Origin: the human T2T-CHM13v2.0 reference genome, Homo sapiens
Assembly (NCBI RefSeq): GCF_009914755.1
Contig: NC_060927.1
Length of the DNA stretch: 64,000 nt
Direction: 5' to 3' (one strand)
The notes beneath the pieces were generated by a model that was given only the letters and a program-made list of their open reading frames with translations, was not told the DNA's origin and searched no databases. Shown here in pieces: positions 36,981 through 52,780 of this stretch (positions are counted from its first letter, which is position 1; the number at the start of each line of letters is the position of its first letter). The position numbers and the translations under genes were made by a program.

Positions 36981-37728
36981 TATCATGGTACTCTTAATAA
37001 ATGGAAAGAGAACAGAAGAAACCTACAATATATTTTTATGTACTTCAGCAAAGACAGCCAATTTCTCAATTTCACTTCCCAATTTCCCAATTTGATTTAA
37101 GTTCACTATGTACCCAGCTAAAGGACTATATTTAGCTTCTCTTGTAATTAGGAGTGGACATGTGTGGAAATGATGTAAGCCTGGCCCATAAGAAACTGTC
37201 CTTTACATTGCCCTAAGCTCTTTCCCCTTCTGGCTGACAGGGATGGGCCACAGCCACCTTGGAGGTCACATGTTGGAAGACAGTAGAATCTCCATCAGCC
37301 TGGGTCCCCTGAAGAACTCCTGGCAACCAGGACAACTGCCTCAGAGTTTATTTGTTACAGAAGCTACCACTATCCTAATTCAGCCATTAAAAGGGTAGAG
37401 TTGTTAGAATGTAGTAACACTGACACCTTATACTTACAAATTTAAAATGGTGTAGAGAAAACTAAATACCAAAACCTTTCCGTGATATTATTATAAAAAA
37501 TTATTTAAATGTTTTCTGCATTTTCATTTATATTTTTACTTCCTCTGGTAGTACTTATAATTTAACCATCTTATCATGAAATTTTATTTCTGAAAGTAAT
37601 CTGTGGCCTAGCAGAAAAACATTTTATTAAAAGAAAAATTATTAAGAAAAACAATTTCTACAGAAAGGCTTTCCAGGTAGTTTCTTGGGTAAGTAACATG
37701 AAGAACTTAAAGTCTGAGTAAGACTTAC

Positions 37729-37951
37729 CAGTGATGTACAAGAAGCAGGATGATTGTAAGGATACCACCACACTGTTTTATAAATGTTGATGTACTGAAT
37801 GAAAAGAGCAACCAACAGGTAGATGAAAAAAAGGAATTCAAAGAGTAGGCTCCCATCCACAGGCAAGTCAGGAATTTGGCAATGACGAACAGGACCTGGG
37901 GTGATTAAGGCTGTGATAGGTGGGACTGGAAGGCCAATAGCACTACCATTC
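37729..37951 (-). CDS. TMEM39A: TMEM39A exon 3 ([11 protein letters not shown]...PASCTSL)
   Basis: CTTTCAG acceptor, CTG|GTAAGT donor, 223 nt. Confidence 0.97.
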
Positions 37952-38307
37952 CTGAAAGAGAAAACTATGGTTAACTCAAATGGTGATAACCTCCAGTATC
38001 ACAGAACATAAAGGGCTCCTGCTGTCTCCTCCATCTACCCCTTCACTGTCTGCTTTCCCCACAAGACTCCATCCTGGGATCCTCTTTTCTCCCTCCACAC
38101 TTTCTGTCAGTGATCTAAGATGCAGCTATGGCCTCCATTATCTCCTACATGATGAAGACTATAATTTCTCTCCATAGAGCTCACTGCTAAATTATAGACA
38201 CATTATTCAACTCCCTACTGGACATCTCTGTGTTCTTCCCTCCTATAGTCCTGACCTTAGTTCATGGCCCACTCAGTTAGCTGCCCACATCAGAAACCTG
38301 GGAGTCA

Positions 38308-38630
<323 letters not shown>

Positions 38631-38659
38631 TAAAAATAGATTTAAGAATCTATTCAGAA

Positions 38660-39070
38660 CCCATATAAATTCTCTAGCAATGAGTTGTGACAACACATGT
38701 GAAGTGCTACTCATCCAGGAAAGCTCATTAGAGACTTGATGCCCAGGGTTTTTATTGGGGGCTGGCCACATGGGCACCTTCTTTCTAGCAGTACCAAAAT
38801 TCTAGACTCCCAAAAAGAATGCAGGTGTTCAACATAGCTACTCTTAGGAAGGCCTGCTTACAAGGCTTACATCTGGGAACCATGACTAGTAAACAGTTCC
38901 CTACAGTGATATAAACTTTCCCTAAATAACTAGAGTGGCTCACTGTGCCTAAACTGTTTATACAAACAATGTGGTTTATGCTGAACACCTGTGTTTTGTC
39001 CTTGCATATAAAGTTTGTGTGTGGCAAAGGGTTAACACAGCAGGCCTGAGACTGACTGGTATGGAGCCAG
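38660..39070. mobile_element. MER21-like LTR fragments
   Basis: GGAAAGCTCA..AGACTTG..CCAGGGTTTTTATTGGGGGCTGG and TGTGGTTTATGCTGAACACCTG resemble MER21. Confidence 0.6.
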
Positions 39071-41672
39071 CAAGCAGCAGAATTTAGGGAAGCAAATGGA
39101 TGAAAGAAGAAAGATTCAAAGGCATAAAGAGGAATAGAAGAGGTAGGGAAAGCAGTGGTCATTTGGACACGTTCAGGTGATATTATTAACAAAGTATATG
39201 CAAGGAATAAGCAAAGAAAACAATAGTTCTTCTCAAATAAGATTCTCCCTCAATCAGGAACTCTCTAAGAAATCCAGAAATACACAATATATCTTCCTTT
39301 TTTAAAAGGATAATACTTTAAATACACTGTTGCAAGAACAAATCCCTGCTCCCCAAAGGTGGACAGCAGGACAAGGAACTACAATTTCAACCTTGACTGT
39401 GTTACCAAACTAGCTCCTTGACATTCTAGAGTTTAACTTCACCAATCAGACCACAAGCACCTACCAAACAGGGACAAATTCTCTCCTCTCCAGCTGACCT
39501 ATGTCTGTCTTGCAGAATCAAATGTATCATCCAAAAGTATGTAATACTGAAGCAATTATCTATTTCCCTCCAATACTCTATAGACACTCCAGAAGTGAGT
39601 TCTCCTCATCTGGACACTCCTTCTTTCTATATATCCTTCCTAAAACTATATTATAAGCTATCCGCTAGTTCTTTCATGTTTTCATACCTCGTCCCCAGGT
39701 CTTTTATAACAAATTATTCCAGCTGCTTGCTTCCCACCAAGAAAGAAATATAAAGCTTTCTTTTCCCCAAATAATTTCTCTAGGTAAACATGTCACAAAT
39801 AATCACTCAATAATAGTCTTGGTGACTTTTCAAACCATAAACAATTATTTCTTTCATTTTAAAATGTTGGAAAATACTTTTTTCTACCCACTCCCTCCCT
39901 CCCCCCAGTTAATTGCTAAATAAACATATGTTAAAGGAGGAGAGAAAGGCAGATTAAAGCAACCATGGTTGGAACCTTGAATACCAGGATAGAAGAGCTA
40001 CAGTGAAGGCAGAGAAAAGAATACCAAACCCAGTCAAGAGCCGAGGTATTTTCCGAACGTTCCTACTTCTTCCCAGTATACCATCTGCAGACTCTAAGTG
40101 CAAGCAGAAGCATCTACAAATGACATTTTCATTGGCTTTCAGTTCTTTTTAATAGCAGAACGCTTTATTTTCCTTTCCTCATGATATTTTACATAGTATC
40201 TTAATATTTAAAACACATAGGAAAATGAGTCAGTCTAATTAAAAGAAGACGAGGAAAACTCAAGCCTAGACTGTTAGGCTTGCCTGATCCATTTTCCCTT
40301 CTAAGCCCTCCTACAGCAACCCCTGAGACACTGAAGAGGGATTTCATGGGACAGTCTAAGAACATTTTTATCTAGAGAACATAATTATCTAGAGGAATCC
40401 TCAAAGCCAAAGTCAAAGAGAACGAACAAAGAACTGCTAGAGTTAGGAGGCAAAGTTAGAATTTTTTAGTTGGCTAGAATCCTAGTTAGGGACAGCTAAG
40501 ATTTTCTATCACAATTTGAAAGTACTGAATCAATAAGTTGATAGCATATATTAATAAAATTAAGGCATGTACCTCAAAGAGCAAACAACTTTTATCTCAA
40601 TACCTATATTAGATAGTACCTTTCTTCAAAAGCATTTTCGCATATTCTCATTCTTATTTTTAAGTATATAAAATAATACTTATTTGTAGAAATTTTGTAA
40701 AATTCAGTAAAGTTTTTTAAAGTTACTGCAATTTACTACTTCATTTATTTCAACATCCTGCTATGATGCAAACAGTACCATCATTTTTAAAATAAGGAAA
40801 TCCAACGAACGGCAGAGTAAAAAATACTCTAGCATAAACTAGTTACTCTGTATACATACATAAACAAAACTCGGATTAAAAATTAGTATGAGAATCGGAG
40901 ACTGGAAAAATCCCTTCAAACTGGAATTTCAGGGAGAGCTCCACTGAAATGATGAGATCAGAACTAATTTTAAAGATTGGGTGGAAGAGGGATTGGAAAG
41001 TCAGGAAAAAAAAAGGACAAAGGTCAGGCCTAGAAAACAAAAGTGCATAAATACCATTAGACAGGCCTGAAAATACAGTAGTACTGATTGCTAGCTCTGA
41101 AAATTAAAATCAAGACAAGAGAAAAACTTTTTTCAGGGAGGAAGGAGAAATTAGCTGGCAGAAAATATCTTGAGCAAATACTTCATTAGGTAAAAGTATC
41201 TCTTTGAACTGCTACATTATCAAACCTCCTGATGGCATGGGCTAACCCAGCTAAAAAACAGCTAACATTTATTAAGACCAAACAATTTTTTGACAATTTA
41301 AAATCCTTGATGGAATTTGACTTATAATTTGCCCTCTAAAAAAAGAATGCTTATAAGTAGATAAACCATCACACTTACCTTGTATTTTCATTCACTTCTC
41401 CCTTCTTCTAATAGATAAAAAGGGGATAACAAGAATTTAGATGATCAGCCAAAATAAAGAATGGGACTGCTTTCACTTTGTGGGCCCCATTTCACATCTT
41501 TTTACCTCCAAAGTATTTTGGAATTCTGAATTTTGTCTTGAAGGGCAGGATTTCTACCACAGTGTCAAGAATAAATCTCAATAAGCAAATATCTGAATGA
41601 CATGATGACTTTTATGTTAGTCTTACTGATCAAAGGACATTAAAATTATATATAGCCTTATTTTTTCTTTAC

Positions 41673-41785
41673 CTGTTTCTCAAGCCTGTTCCATTGCCAC
41701 AGCCTCCACCAACCAAAGTCTGCAAAGAAGGTAAAGCTGAACGGCTTAGCTGTTGCCGACTAGGGCCCCTCCTTCCACCGGGCAT
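41673..41785 (-). CDS. TMEM39A: TMEM39A exon 2, coding part ([37 protein letters not shown]); exon starts at 41859
   Basis: GACATGC start at 41785, AG|GTAAAG donor, 113 coding nt; TTCAG acceptor 74 nt upstream of the ATG. Confidence 0.96.
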
Positions 41786-42344
41786 GTCCAGGAACCAGTC
41801 TGCTTCCAGTGCCACCTGTAGTTGCAACCCAGGTTAATGGTTGTCAACCAGTTTCAACTCTGAACGACAACAAAAACATTTAAACATCAGTAGACTATTT
41901 TTAAAGTAGGCAACAAAACAACGACAAACACTGAGTAAGCAGGCCTTACAAAATAAGATTTTCAAACGAATGTTCCCAGTGTCTACTACTTACGTTATTC
42001 GAATTAAAGGACTACTCAGACTCTAATGGGTCAAAAGCCTAAGTTCTGATCTAAGCTCTGTTCAGCTTTAGGCAAGTGATGATTTGTGTCTTTTGTCAAC
42101 TGATTTGTATCATCTGTAAGATATTATAATCAAATAGAAGTTTACAAGAAACATCACACCTTATACATTTCCAGCTCAATGTTTCACACTTAAACTACTT
42201 GAAATATAGAAGAATTGGCACTTTATAAAACATTAGGTTTTGTTATCAAGGGATATGGCTTGTGAGCTCAGATGGTCACATATTATCTGACCTTATCCGG
42301 ATAAGTTAACTTCTGAGTGTGTTCTTCTGAGTGTGTTTCTTCAA

Positions 42345-42365
42345 GGGGGGGGGGCGGGGGGGGGG
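42345..42365 (+). repeat. G10-C-G10 homopolymer
   Basis: Read directly from the sequence. Confidence 0.9.
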
Positions 42366-42959
42366 AGTGTCCCCTGTTCTGCAGAGGTTGTCAGGACTGA
42401 GGAAGTGGAATGAAAGGGTACCAGTAGTTCTTTTAACAGTTTAAAAGTAAAACTGTTCGAGTGGTATCTCTATATGTTAGGGTTAAAATATTGAAAGAAA
42501 CTCTTCAAGGGGATGCCCGCTCCAGAAAAGCTGGTGTAAAATCATACAGAAATTACTGAAACTGCAAGATTAAGAAGCAAGTAAAAGATAAAGATCCTCA
42601 CTGGAAAAAAAAAAAAAAGCTCTTTTCATCATTCTACGGCAAAAATCATGATTCTGTCAACATGGATACCAATGTTTCCTAAACAATACAACTAAAACCC
42701 AAGGATGACACTGGAAAAAACCCGTGTTTTCAAATGCTCCCTATTCCTAACAGCCTTCGGCTGTAAACTAACCCCAAGTCAAACAAAGCATTCAAACCGC
42801 TGGATGCAGGGGCTGCTGGTCCTTGCTCCATTAACAAGCAAAGGGAAAGAAAAGTGCAGGGAAAAAACTGGGACGGAAGAGGTGAGAGTATGCGGTGTGG
42901 TGGACTGCAGGAGACCACAAACTTCAACAGACTGGTCCCTAAGAGAAGTCGGCAGAAAG

Positions 42960-43550
42960 GTAGACAAAGCAGTCTCCGCCGCACACCCAAGAGGGCCGAG
43001 GCAGGTCCAGGACAGCCGGACCTTGGGGCAGCTCAGTAATACTCACGCATGGAAGAGTCCCAGCCGGTGGGGCGGGGTCCCTAGAAAGCGGCGACAACTT
43101 TACAGACTGGACCCCAGGTAAGGGAACTCCCTCCCAGCGTTGGAACGCTGCAAACCAGCTGCTTGGACGCAGGCAGCCCCCGCCTAGAGAATCAAGAAAA
43201 GGTGTCCAGGCTTCGGGCTGCCAGACTCAGACCCAGACTCCGACGCAGTTCCAGTGCCAGAGCTAAAGCTAGAGCCAGAGCCTGATACTTCAGCACCCAT
43301 CCCTAGCCTCCATTACCGCGGAGCTGAGCAGACGTGGCAGCGCACGGCGATGACGTCAGCTACGCGACCGCGGTCTGCCCCAGCCGCGAGTGCGTCCCCG
43401 GAATCAGCCGGCACGACAACCCCTACCATTTGCACCTGCGCAGTGGGGCGCGCCTTCTCCTCTTAACTCGCGGTCCCGCCCCTTCCGGCCAGTGTTGGCC
43501 AAAGCATTTCCTCTTTCGGCCTCAGTCAGCTAGCGGCTGCTAGGTGCGGG
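42960..43550 (-). promoter_or_regulatory. TMEM39A CpG-island promoter
   Basis: High CpG density; TGACGTCA 43351-43358; GACGTGGC 43331-43338; GC box CCCGCCC and ETS CTTCCGG near 43475-43488; no TATA. Confidence 0.85.
43047..43330 (-). other. TMEM39A: TMEM39A non-coding exon 1 (TSS approximate)
   Basis: TGC|GTGAGT donor at 43046 inside a CpG-rich region. Confidence 0.75.
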
Positions 43551-44338
43551 CACCATGCTACTGATCCTTCTTGCTGTCTCTTGGACTCCATGTAGTAACC
43601 ATGTACAAGTTATCACCGCCATTTTACAGATGAGTGTAGATTAGGAGGTGTCACCTAGGGTCACGTTACTGCTAAGTGAGGGAGCCCAAGTCATGAAGTC
43701 ATGCGTCAGCATCCAACCCTGCGCTTATTGTTTGCTAAGAACTAGACAGATGCTGTGGTTACAAAGCGAATACCACAAAAGCTCAGAGTCTAGTGGAAGA
43801 GAGGCGACACTAAGAAAATACAGTAATTACCATTTGTTACAATATTAAAAGTGTGTCCAAGGTCCAGAGATAGCATGTAACACTAACGAATTCTGTGGGA
43901 TGGTGGTGATGTCAATACCAAGAAAAGCTTTGCAGAGAGCTTGGGGTTTCAGCCAAGACTCCACAAAGGCATAGGGGCTTTGTGGGAGAATGGCAGTCCT
44001 CCTGGAGAAGTGGCAGATAAAAAGGTAAAGATCTGTGAGCAACGTCATCTTGAGTTCAGGAATTGACAATAGTTTGGTATTAGAAGAAGATAAGAGTGTC
44101 AAAAGGAGCATTTGTGTAATCTTTCACTCCAGAGATTTTAATCTCCTTAATAGAAAGTTGTTTGTATTGATTGAATGATTAACCTTTATTAAGAATTTTG
44201 TTGTGTCAGGCACTGGATTAGTAGCTTTACACATTTCATTTAAATCTCACATTTTGATAGCTTCTACTATGGTTATTATTTTACAGAAGAAACTGAAGTT
44301 AAGAGAAGTTAAGTAGCTTGTTGAAAATAGCCTGCCTG

Positions 44339-44663
<325 letters not shown>

Positions 44664-44785
44664 CTAATAAGAGCCAGAACCAGAATTTAGAGCCAGAATG
44701 ACTGATATCGAAACCAGTAAAGTTGCTAATATTCCCAAATATTCCTAATGTCCTAATGTACCACAGAGCTGTCACTTAGGAATAC

Positions 44786-44921
44786 ACACAAGTCTCCAAC
44801 TTAGGATGGTTTGACTCACAATTTTTCAACTTTATGATGGTGCAAAACCAACACTCATTCAGTAGAAACTGTACTTCCAGTACTCGTACAACCATTCTGG
44901 TTTTTTTTTCATTTTTAAATA
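44786..44921. mobile_element. Truncated MER47-like (Tigger5 family) fragment
   Basis: ACTTTATGATGGTGCAAAA..CATTCAGTAGAAACTGTACTT..ACAACCATTCTG. Confidence 0.65.
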
Positions 44922-46414
44922 CAGTCATGTGTCCCATAATGATGTTTCAATGAAAGACCACATAAATGATGGTGAGCCCATGAGAGTATAATAAAACTGA
45001 AAAACTCCTATTGCCTAATGATGTAGCTGTCTTTATGTTGTAGTGCAATGTATCCTGGTGTACACAAACCTGCACTACCAGTTGTATAAAAGTATAGCAC
45101 ATACAATTATGTACAGTATAACATACTAAATAATGATAATAAATTACTTTGTTACTGGTTTATATATTTACTATACTATACATTTATTGTTATTTTAGAT
45201 TGTACTCCTTCTACTTATTTTAAAAAAATGAAAGTTAACTGTAAAACAACCTCAGGCAGGTCTTTCAGAAGGTATTCCAGAAGAAGGCATTGTTATCCTA
45301 GGAGATGGCAGTTCCATGTGTGTTCTTGACCCTGAAGATCTTCCAGAGGGACAAGATGTGGAGGTGAAAGATGGTGATATTGATGATCCTGACCCTGCAT
45401 AGGCCTGACCCAAACACACACGTGTGTGTTTGCATATTAGTTTTCAATAAAATAGTTTAAAAAGTAAAAAACAAAATAAAACATTTTAGAAATAGAAAAA
45501 AGCTTATAGAATAAAGATAGAAATAAAGAAAATAGGTCGGATGCAGTGGCTCATGCCTATAATCCCCACACTTTGGGAGGCCAGGAGTTTGACAGCAGCC
45601 TGGCCAACATGGCGAAACCCTGTCTCTACTAAAAATACAAAAATTAGCCAGGTGTTATGGTGTACACCTGTAATGCCAGCTACTCAGGAGGCTGAGGCAC
45701 GAGAATTGCTTGAACCTGGGAGGCAGAGGTTGCAGTCAGCTGAGATAGCACCACTGCACTCTAGCCTGGGCAACAAAGCGAGACTGTCTCAAAAAAAAAA
45801 AAAGAAAAGAAAAGAAAGGAGGGAGGGAGGGAGGAAGGAAGGAAAAGAAAGAAAGAAAAAATATTTTTGTATGGCTGTACAATGTGCTTGTGTTTTAAGC
45901 TAAGTGTTATTACAAAGTCAAAAAGTTGAAAAAAAAAGGTTTGTACAGTAAAAAAGTTACAATAAGCTAATTTATTACTGAAGAAAGAAAAACGTGTTTA
46001 TAAGTTTAGTATGGTCTAACTGTACAGTGTTTATAAAATCTATAGTAGCGTAATGTTCTAGGTGTTCACATTTACTCACCACTCACTGACTTATCCAGAG
46101 CAACTTTCAGTCCTGCAAGCTCCATTCATGGTAAGTGCCTTATACAGGTGTATCATTTTTACTCATTTACTGTACCTTTTCAATGTTTAGATACACCAAT
46201 ACTTACCATTGTGTTACAATTGCCTGTAATATTCAGTACAGTAACATGCTGAATAGGTTTGTAGCCTAGGAGCAATAGGCTATGCCAAATATCCTCAGTA
46301 TGTAGTAGGCTATACTAGCTAGGTTTGTGTAAGTATAATCTATGATGTTCACACAACAAAATTGCCTGACACATTTCTCAAAACATATTCCCATTGTCAA
46401 ACAACACATGACTG
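44922..46414. mobile_element. Tigger3b-type element with a nested Alu (45535-45860)
   Basis: TA|CAGTCATGTGT ... ACACATGACTG|TA; about 1.17 kb net; GGTATTCCAGAAGAAGGCATTGTTATC core. Confidence 0.9.
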
Positions 46415-47037
46415 TACTGCACACCTTCCTGGAAGTAGAAAAATTTTTGACTAAAGTTTCATTTGGATTCCAGAAGAAATATGCTATAGTTTTGGATATA
46501 CATTTTTTTTCCTGTCTGTTCACCCAAAGTGAGCCTCACTCATACAAAAACTGGGTGGTTCTGCCCTGGTGGAATATAGACCAAATGCCCATATGGGTGT
46601 AATATGTGACCGATACGGCCCATTCCTAGGTAATCAACATTATTTTCTCTTCCACCATTCCTTAACGTGCATCCTAAAGCCTCCACTACTGTCAAGCTAA
46701 ATTTGATCCCCACCTTCTGCAAATTATGGCTCCCATATTTTTAGTGACTCCAGCACAATATTCCTTAACTGTAACGTTTCCTTTTCTTCAGTACAAAATA
46801 TACCCCTCCTACCCCTTTCTCCAGATTTCCACTTCATATTGATCTTTTCCTCCACTGAAACCAGTGGCACTTAACTATTGCCTTAAATTGTAAACTATCT
46901 CTAAGGAAGCATATTTGTCTTCCCTACTAGTTCTAAACTCCTGGGAGCACAGATTTGATCTTGTACTTCCCTGTATTTCCATATTTCCACAAGGCTTAGG
47001 GATATAACCATGTACATTTTAGAAAATAGATAAATAT

Positions 47038-47340
<303 letters not shown>

Positions 47341-47463
47341 ATAGATAAATATTTGTAGTTCTATGATTACTAAATATATCTACACTGACCTATATATACC
47401 TGTATAAAGATATATACCTGTACTATACTATATACCTATATTGTCCAGTATCATGTTGCCCAC

Positions 47464-48190
47464 TGTCAAGAAACAAAATTTCATCAAATTTAGTTTAAAG
47501 TTCTTGGCCAGGCATGGTGGCTCACGCCTGTAATCCCAGCACTTTGGGAGGCCGAGGTGGGCAGATCACCTGAGGTCAGGAGTTTGAGACCAACCTGGCC
47601 AACACGGTGAAACCCTGTCTTTACTAAAAATACAAAAATTACCCGGGCATGGTGACACACTCCTGTAATCCCAGCTACTCGGGAGACTGAGACAGAAGAA
47701 TTGCTTGAACCCGGGAGGCAGACGTCATAGTGAGCCAAGATTGTGCCACTGCACTCCAGGCTGGGCAACAGAGTTAGACTGTCCTCTGTCTCAAAAAAAA
47801 AAAAAAATCGAATTGGCTTTTATTAGTGATTCATGAATCAGGCAGCATCTCATCTATAAAACAGAAAAGTGTTCTAATGAGCTGAGCAGAAGGGGTTGGG
47901 CTTATAGGCAGAAAAGGGCTGAAGAAAGCAGAAATAAGGAACAAAAAGCAGATTGGTCATTTTGAAGTTACTTTCCTCAAAGAGTTACATCAGAGGGGAC
48001 TTCTTTATCATGCCAGCTCAGGTATATGGGCCCCTTCTCCTATTTGTTGGAAAACTGACCCCTTTTAAAGCTGAGTTTAATTACGCAGCACCTAGGACAA
48101 GTTGCCTCCATTCTGGTTTTGTCTGCTCTCTTGAGGCCTAGTGCCAGAGTTCTGTCCAAAACAACGACCTCCCATAAACTTTATTTAACA
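47464..48190 (-). mobile_element. Solo ERV1 LTR (MER31/MER67-like) with a nested AluS (47506-47807, plus strand)
   Basis: TG...CA termini; minus strand begins TGTTAAATAAAGTTTATGGGAGG; near-TSD CCAC/CCAT. Confidence 0.7.
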
Positions 48191-48295
48191 CCATTGATCT
48201 TTTTTCCTACGTCTAAGTCACCCCAACTGTTATAAATTCCTATTACAAAGGGATCCCTGCTATGCTAATTGCAACCTTTGGGGTCTAACCGTGCT

Positions 48296-48298
<3 letters not shown>

Positions 48299-48334
<36 letters not shown>
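48299..48334. repeat. (CA)18 microsatellite upstream of POGLUT1
   Basis: Read directly from the sequence. Confidence 0.97.
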
Positions 48335-48336
<2 letters not shown>

Positions 48337-48359
48337 CTCAACAAATTTATGCTATTTGA

Positions 48360-49194
<835 letters not shown>

Positions 49195-49505
49195 TAATGT
49201 CTGTAGCTTTTAACTGATCCTCTTTGTGGAGTTCAATTTGATTAGTAGAAAGTGAGAGTCCGCGTCACTATCCATAGCATTCTGAGGGTTGAGCATTAAG
49301 CTTGGGAATTTTCCAGTTTCTTGGACACCTGACAGCCGGATAGAGGAACAGACTTGACGTGAGCGTGGGAGTTGCACACACAAAAATTCCTCCCTAGCGT
49401 TTCGTTTCCATCAGTGGGATGGGAAGGGGATTTCTGAAAGTTTTGGTCTTCTGTTTCTTCTGTTGGTGTGGTGTCAGCAAATAACATTCAGGAAAATTTT
49501 TTTAA

Positions 49506-49622
<117 letters not shown>

Positions 49623-49901
49623 TGAGTTCTTTTCTTTGATGTGTCTTTGAGAGTTTAGTTGCTGTCACAGGAAGTATTCTAACATCCTTGAGAGATTTTG
49701 GTTGCAGTGGTCAGAAAGGCAAGGATGTTTTTCTATTTCTGGGGAATAAAAATGCTCTCGCATGGGAAAGGCTCAGGTGGTGTCAACCTAACCACTGACT
49801 CACTGCGGGATTCAGTGCATGTGCATCTGTTTTTCCCACTGGGCTGCAAGCTTCCTGAGGTCAGGGTCTGTGTCTTATTTGCTGTTGTCTCCCTGGTGCT
49901 A

Positions 49902-50420
<519 letters not shown>

Positions 50421-51002
50421 TCAGATTCTTCATCAGCTAAATAACAGGGTCTTTTAAGCTCCTTTTTATGTTATTTTTGACTCCTCAAAAAATTCCTTGG
50501 ATGCTTATGATACTTATTGAAAACTTACTATGCACTCACTTTAAAAGGAATACAAAATAGTGTAATTTTGGTTACTGCTGTCACGCTACCAGAGTAAGGG
50601 CTTGTGGGGGAGAGTGTGGACCAGACAGACCAGAACAAGAGAGTCAGTGCTAGACTGTAAGGCGTAAACTTCACCTCCTGTGGGATTGGGAGGAGATGCC
50701 AGGAGGACTGAAGTGACTAGAAGGACACAGGTGTGGCATGAGTAGCGAAAGAGAAATACAGAACTGCCAAGGGAGGGGCAATCCAGATGGAAGGAGGAAG
50801 AAGAGACATTGACCCGCTTTTTACTTTTTATTGCTTTATTGCATTTGATGTTTCAGATTACCTACAGGGCTTCTAGGGAAGAGCTGCTCATTCTCACTCT
50901 CGATTCTTTCCTTCCACTTACTGTGTTCTCTAATACGAAACCTAAATGCACTTAGGAAGTAGGTGGAATGGCACCACTCTCTTGGCCTGCTTTCCTTGAT
51001 GA

Positions 51003-51164
<162 letters not shown>

Positions 51165-52117
51165 TAAGAGTTAACGAGGTAGATATATCTTCTGACTTTA
51201 TTACATATGGGCTTGATACCCTTTTATAGAGGAGCCAATTCATGGGACTAACAAGCAGATCCCTCCTCACATTTCAGGCGGACTATGAAATAGTGACGAG
51301 CTCTTCTCCTTGCCTGGGAATTTTTCTTGCGAGCTCCTCTCAAAGCCTGTCTCCTCTGTGAGGCTTGGTTCATCACTGGTTGTACTGGTGGTGGCTCTGC
51401 CTCTTCTGCTCCTTCCCTGGGATATAGTAGCGGCAGGACACAGGCTGATGAGGCCTAGCAGGCCTAGCAGGAGGGAGCTAGGCTGAAGGAGGAAGAGGAA
51501 TTGGTTGAATGTCTGTCATCGGCCAGTGTAGTTCTAGATACTGAATATTCAAGGGGAGGTGGTAGAGTCAAGAGGAGTAACTAGATGGGGTGGTGGTGGC
51601 TCACACCTGTGATCCCAGCACTTTGTGGTGGATTACTTGAGCCCAGGAGTTGGATTATGGCAAATAATCCGGCAGTGGCAAATAATACAACAGAGTGAGA
51701 CCCTGTCTATTAAAAAATAAATAAATAAAGAGGAGTAACTAGTGCTGCAAATTACACTAGCCAGGACTTCAGAACTTCAGGTGTGAGACCTGAGGTACCA
51801 TGTCAGTGGGCTGAAGGCAGGGTGGTAAGCAGGGAGGGTCATGGGCTGAGGGTGGAGGTTGGGTTTAGGCAGCATTGCACACACCAAAAGATAAACTTTA
51901 TTTTTGGAGTTTGTTTTTTTTTTTTAACTCAGATCTTTATAAAATTAGAAGGTACAAAACTCAGAGGGCATAATATTCCCTTATGTAAGAGCATCTTTCT
52001 AAACAATCCCTATTCTGTCATTAAAAGTGAAATAAATGTGCAGAGTTGCAAAAAATTATCGATTCGTTCATAAAGATTTGTATTATTTGTATTTAATAAC
52101 AACTTTGTAAGAATTTA

Positions 52118-52780
<663 letters not shown>

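Noticed and set aside
42705-43121. 138-aa plus-strand ORF antisense to TMEM39A intron 1/exon 1
   Set aside because: No recognisable homology or domain; lies at the CpG-island edge. A plus-strand donor (CAG|GTAAGG, about 43117) alone does not support a gene.
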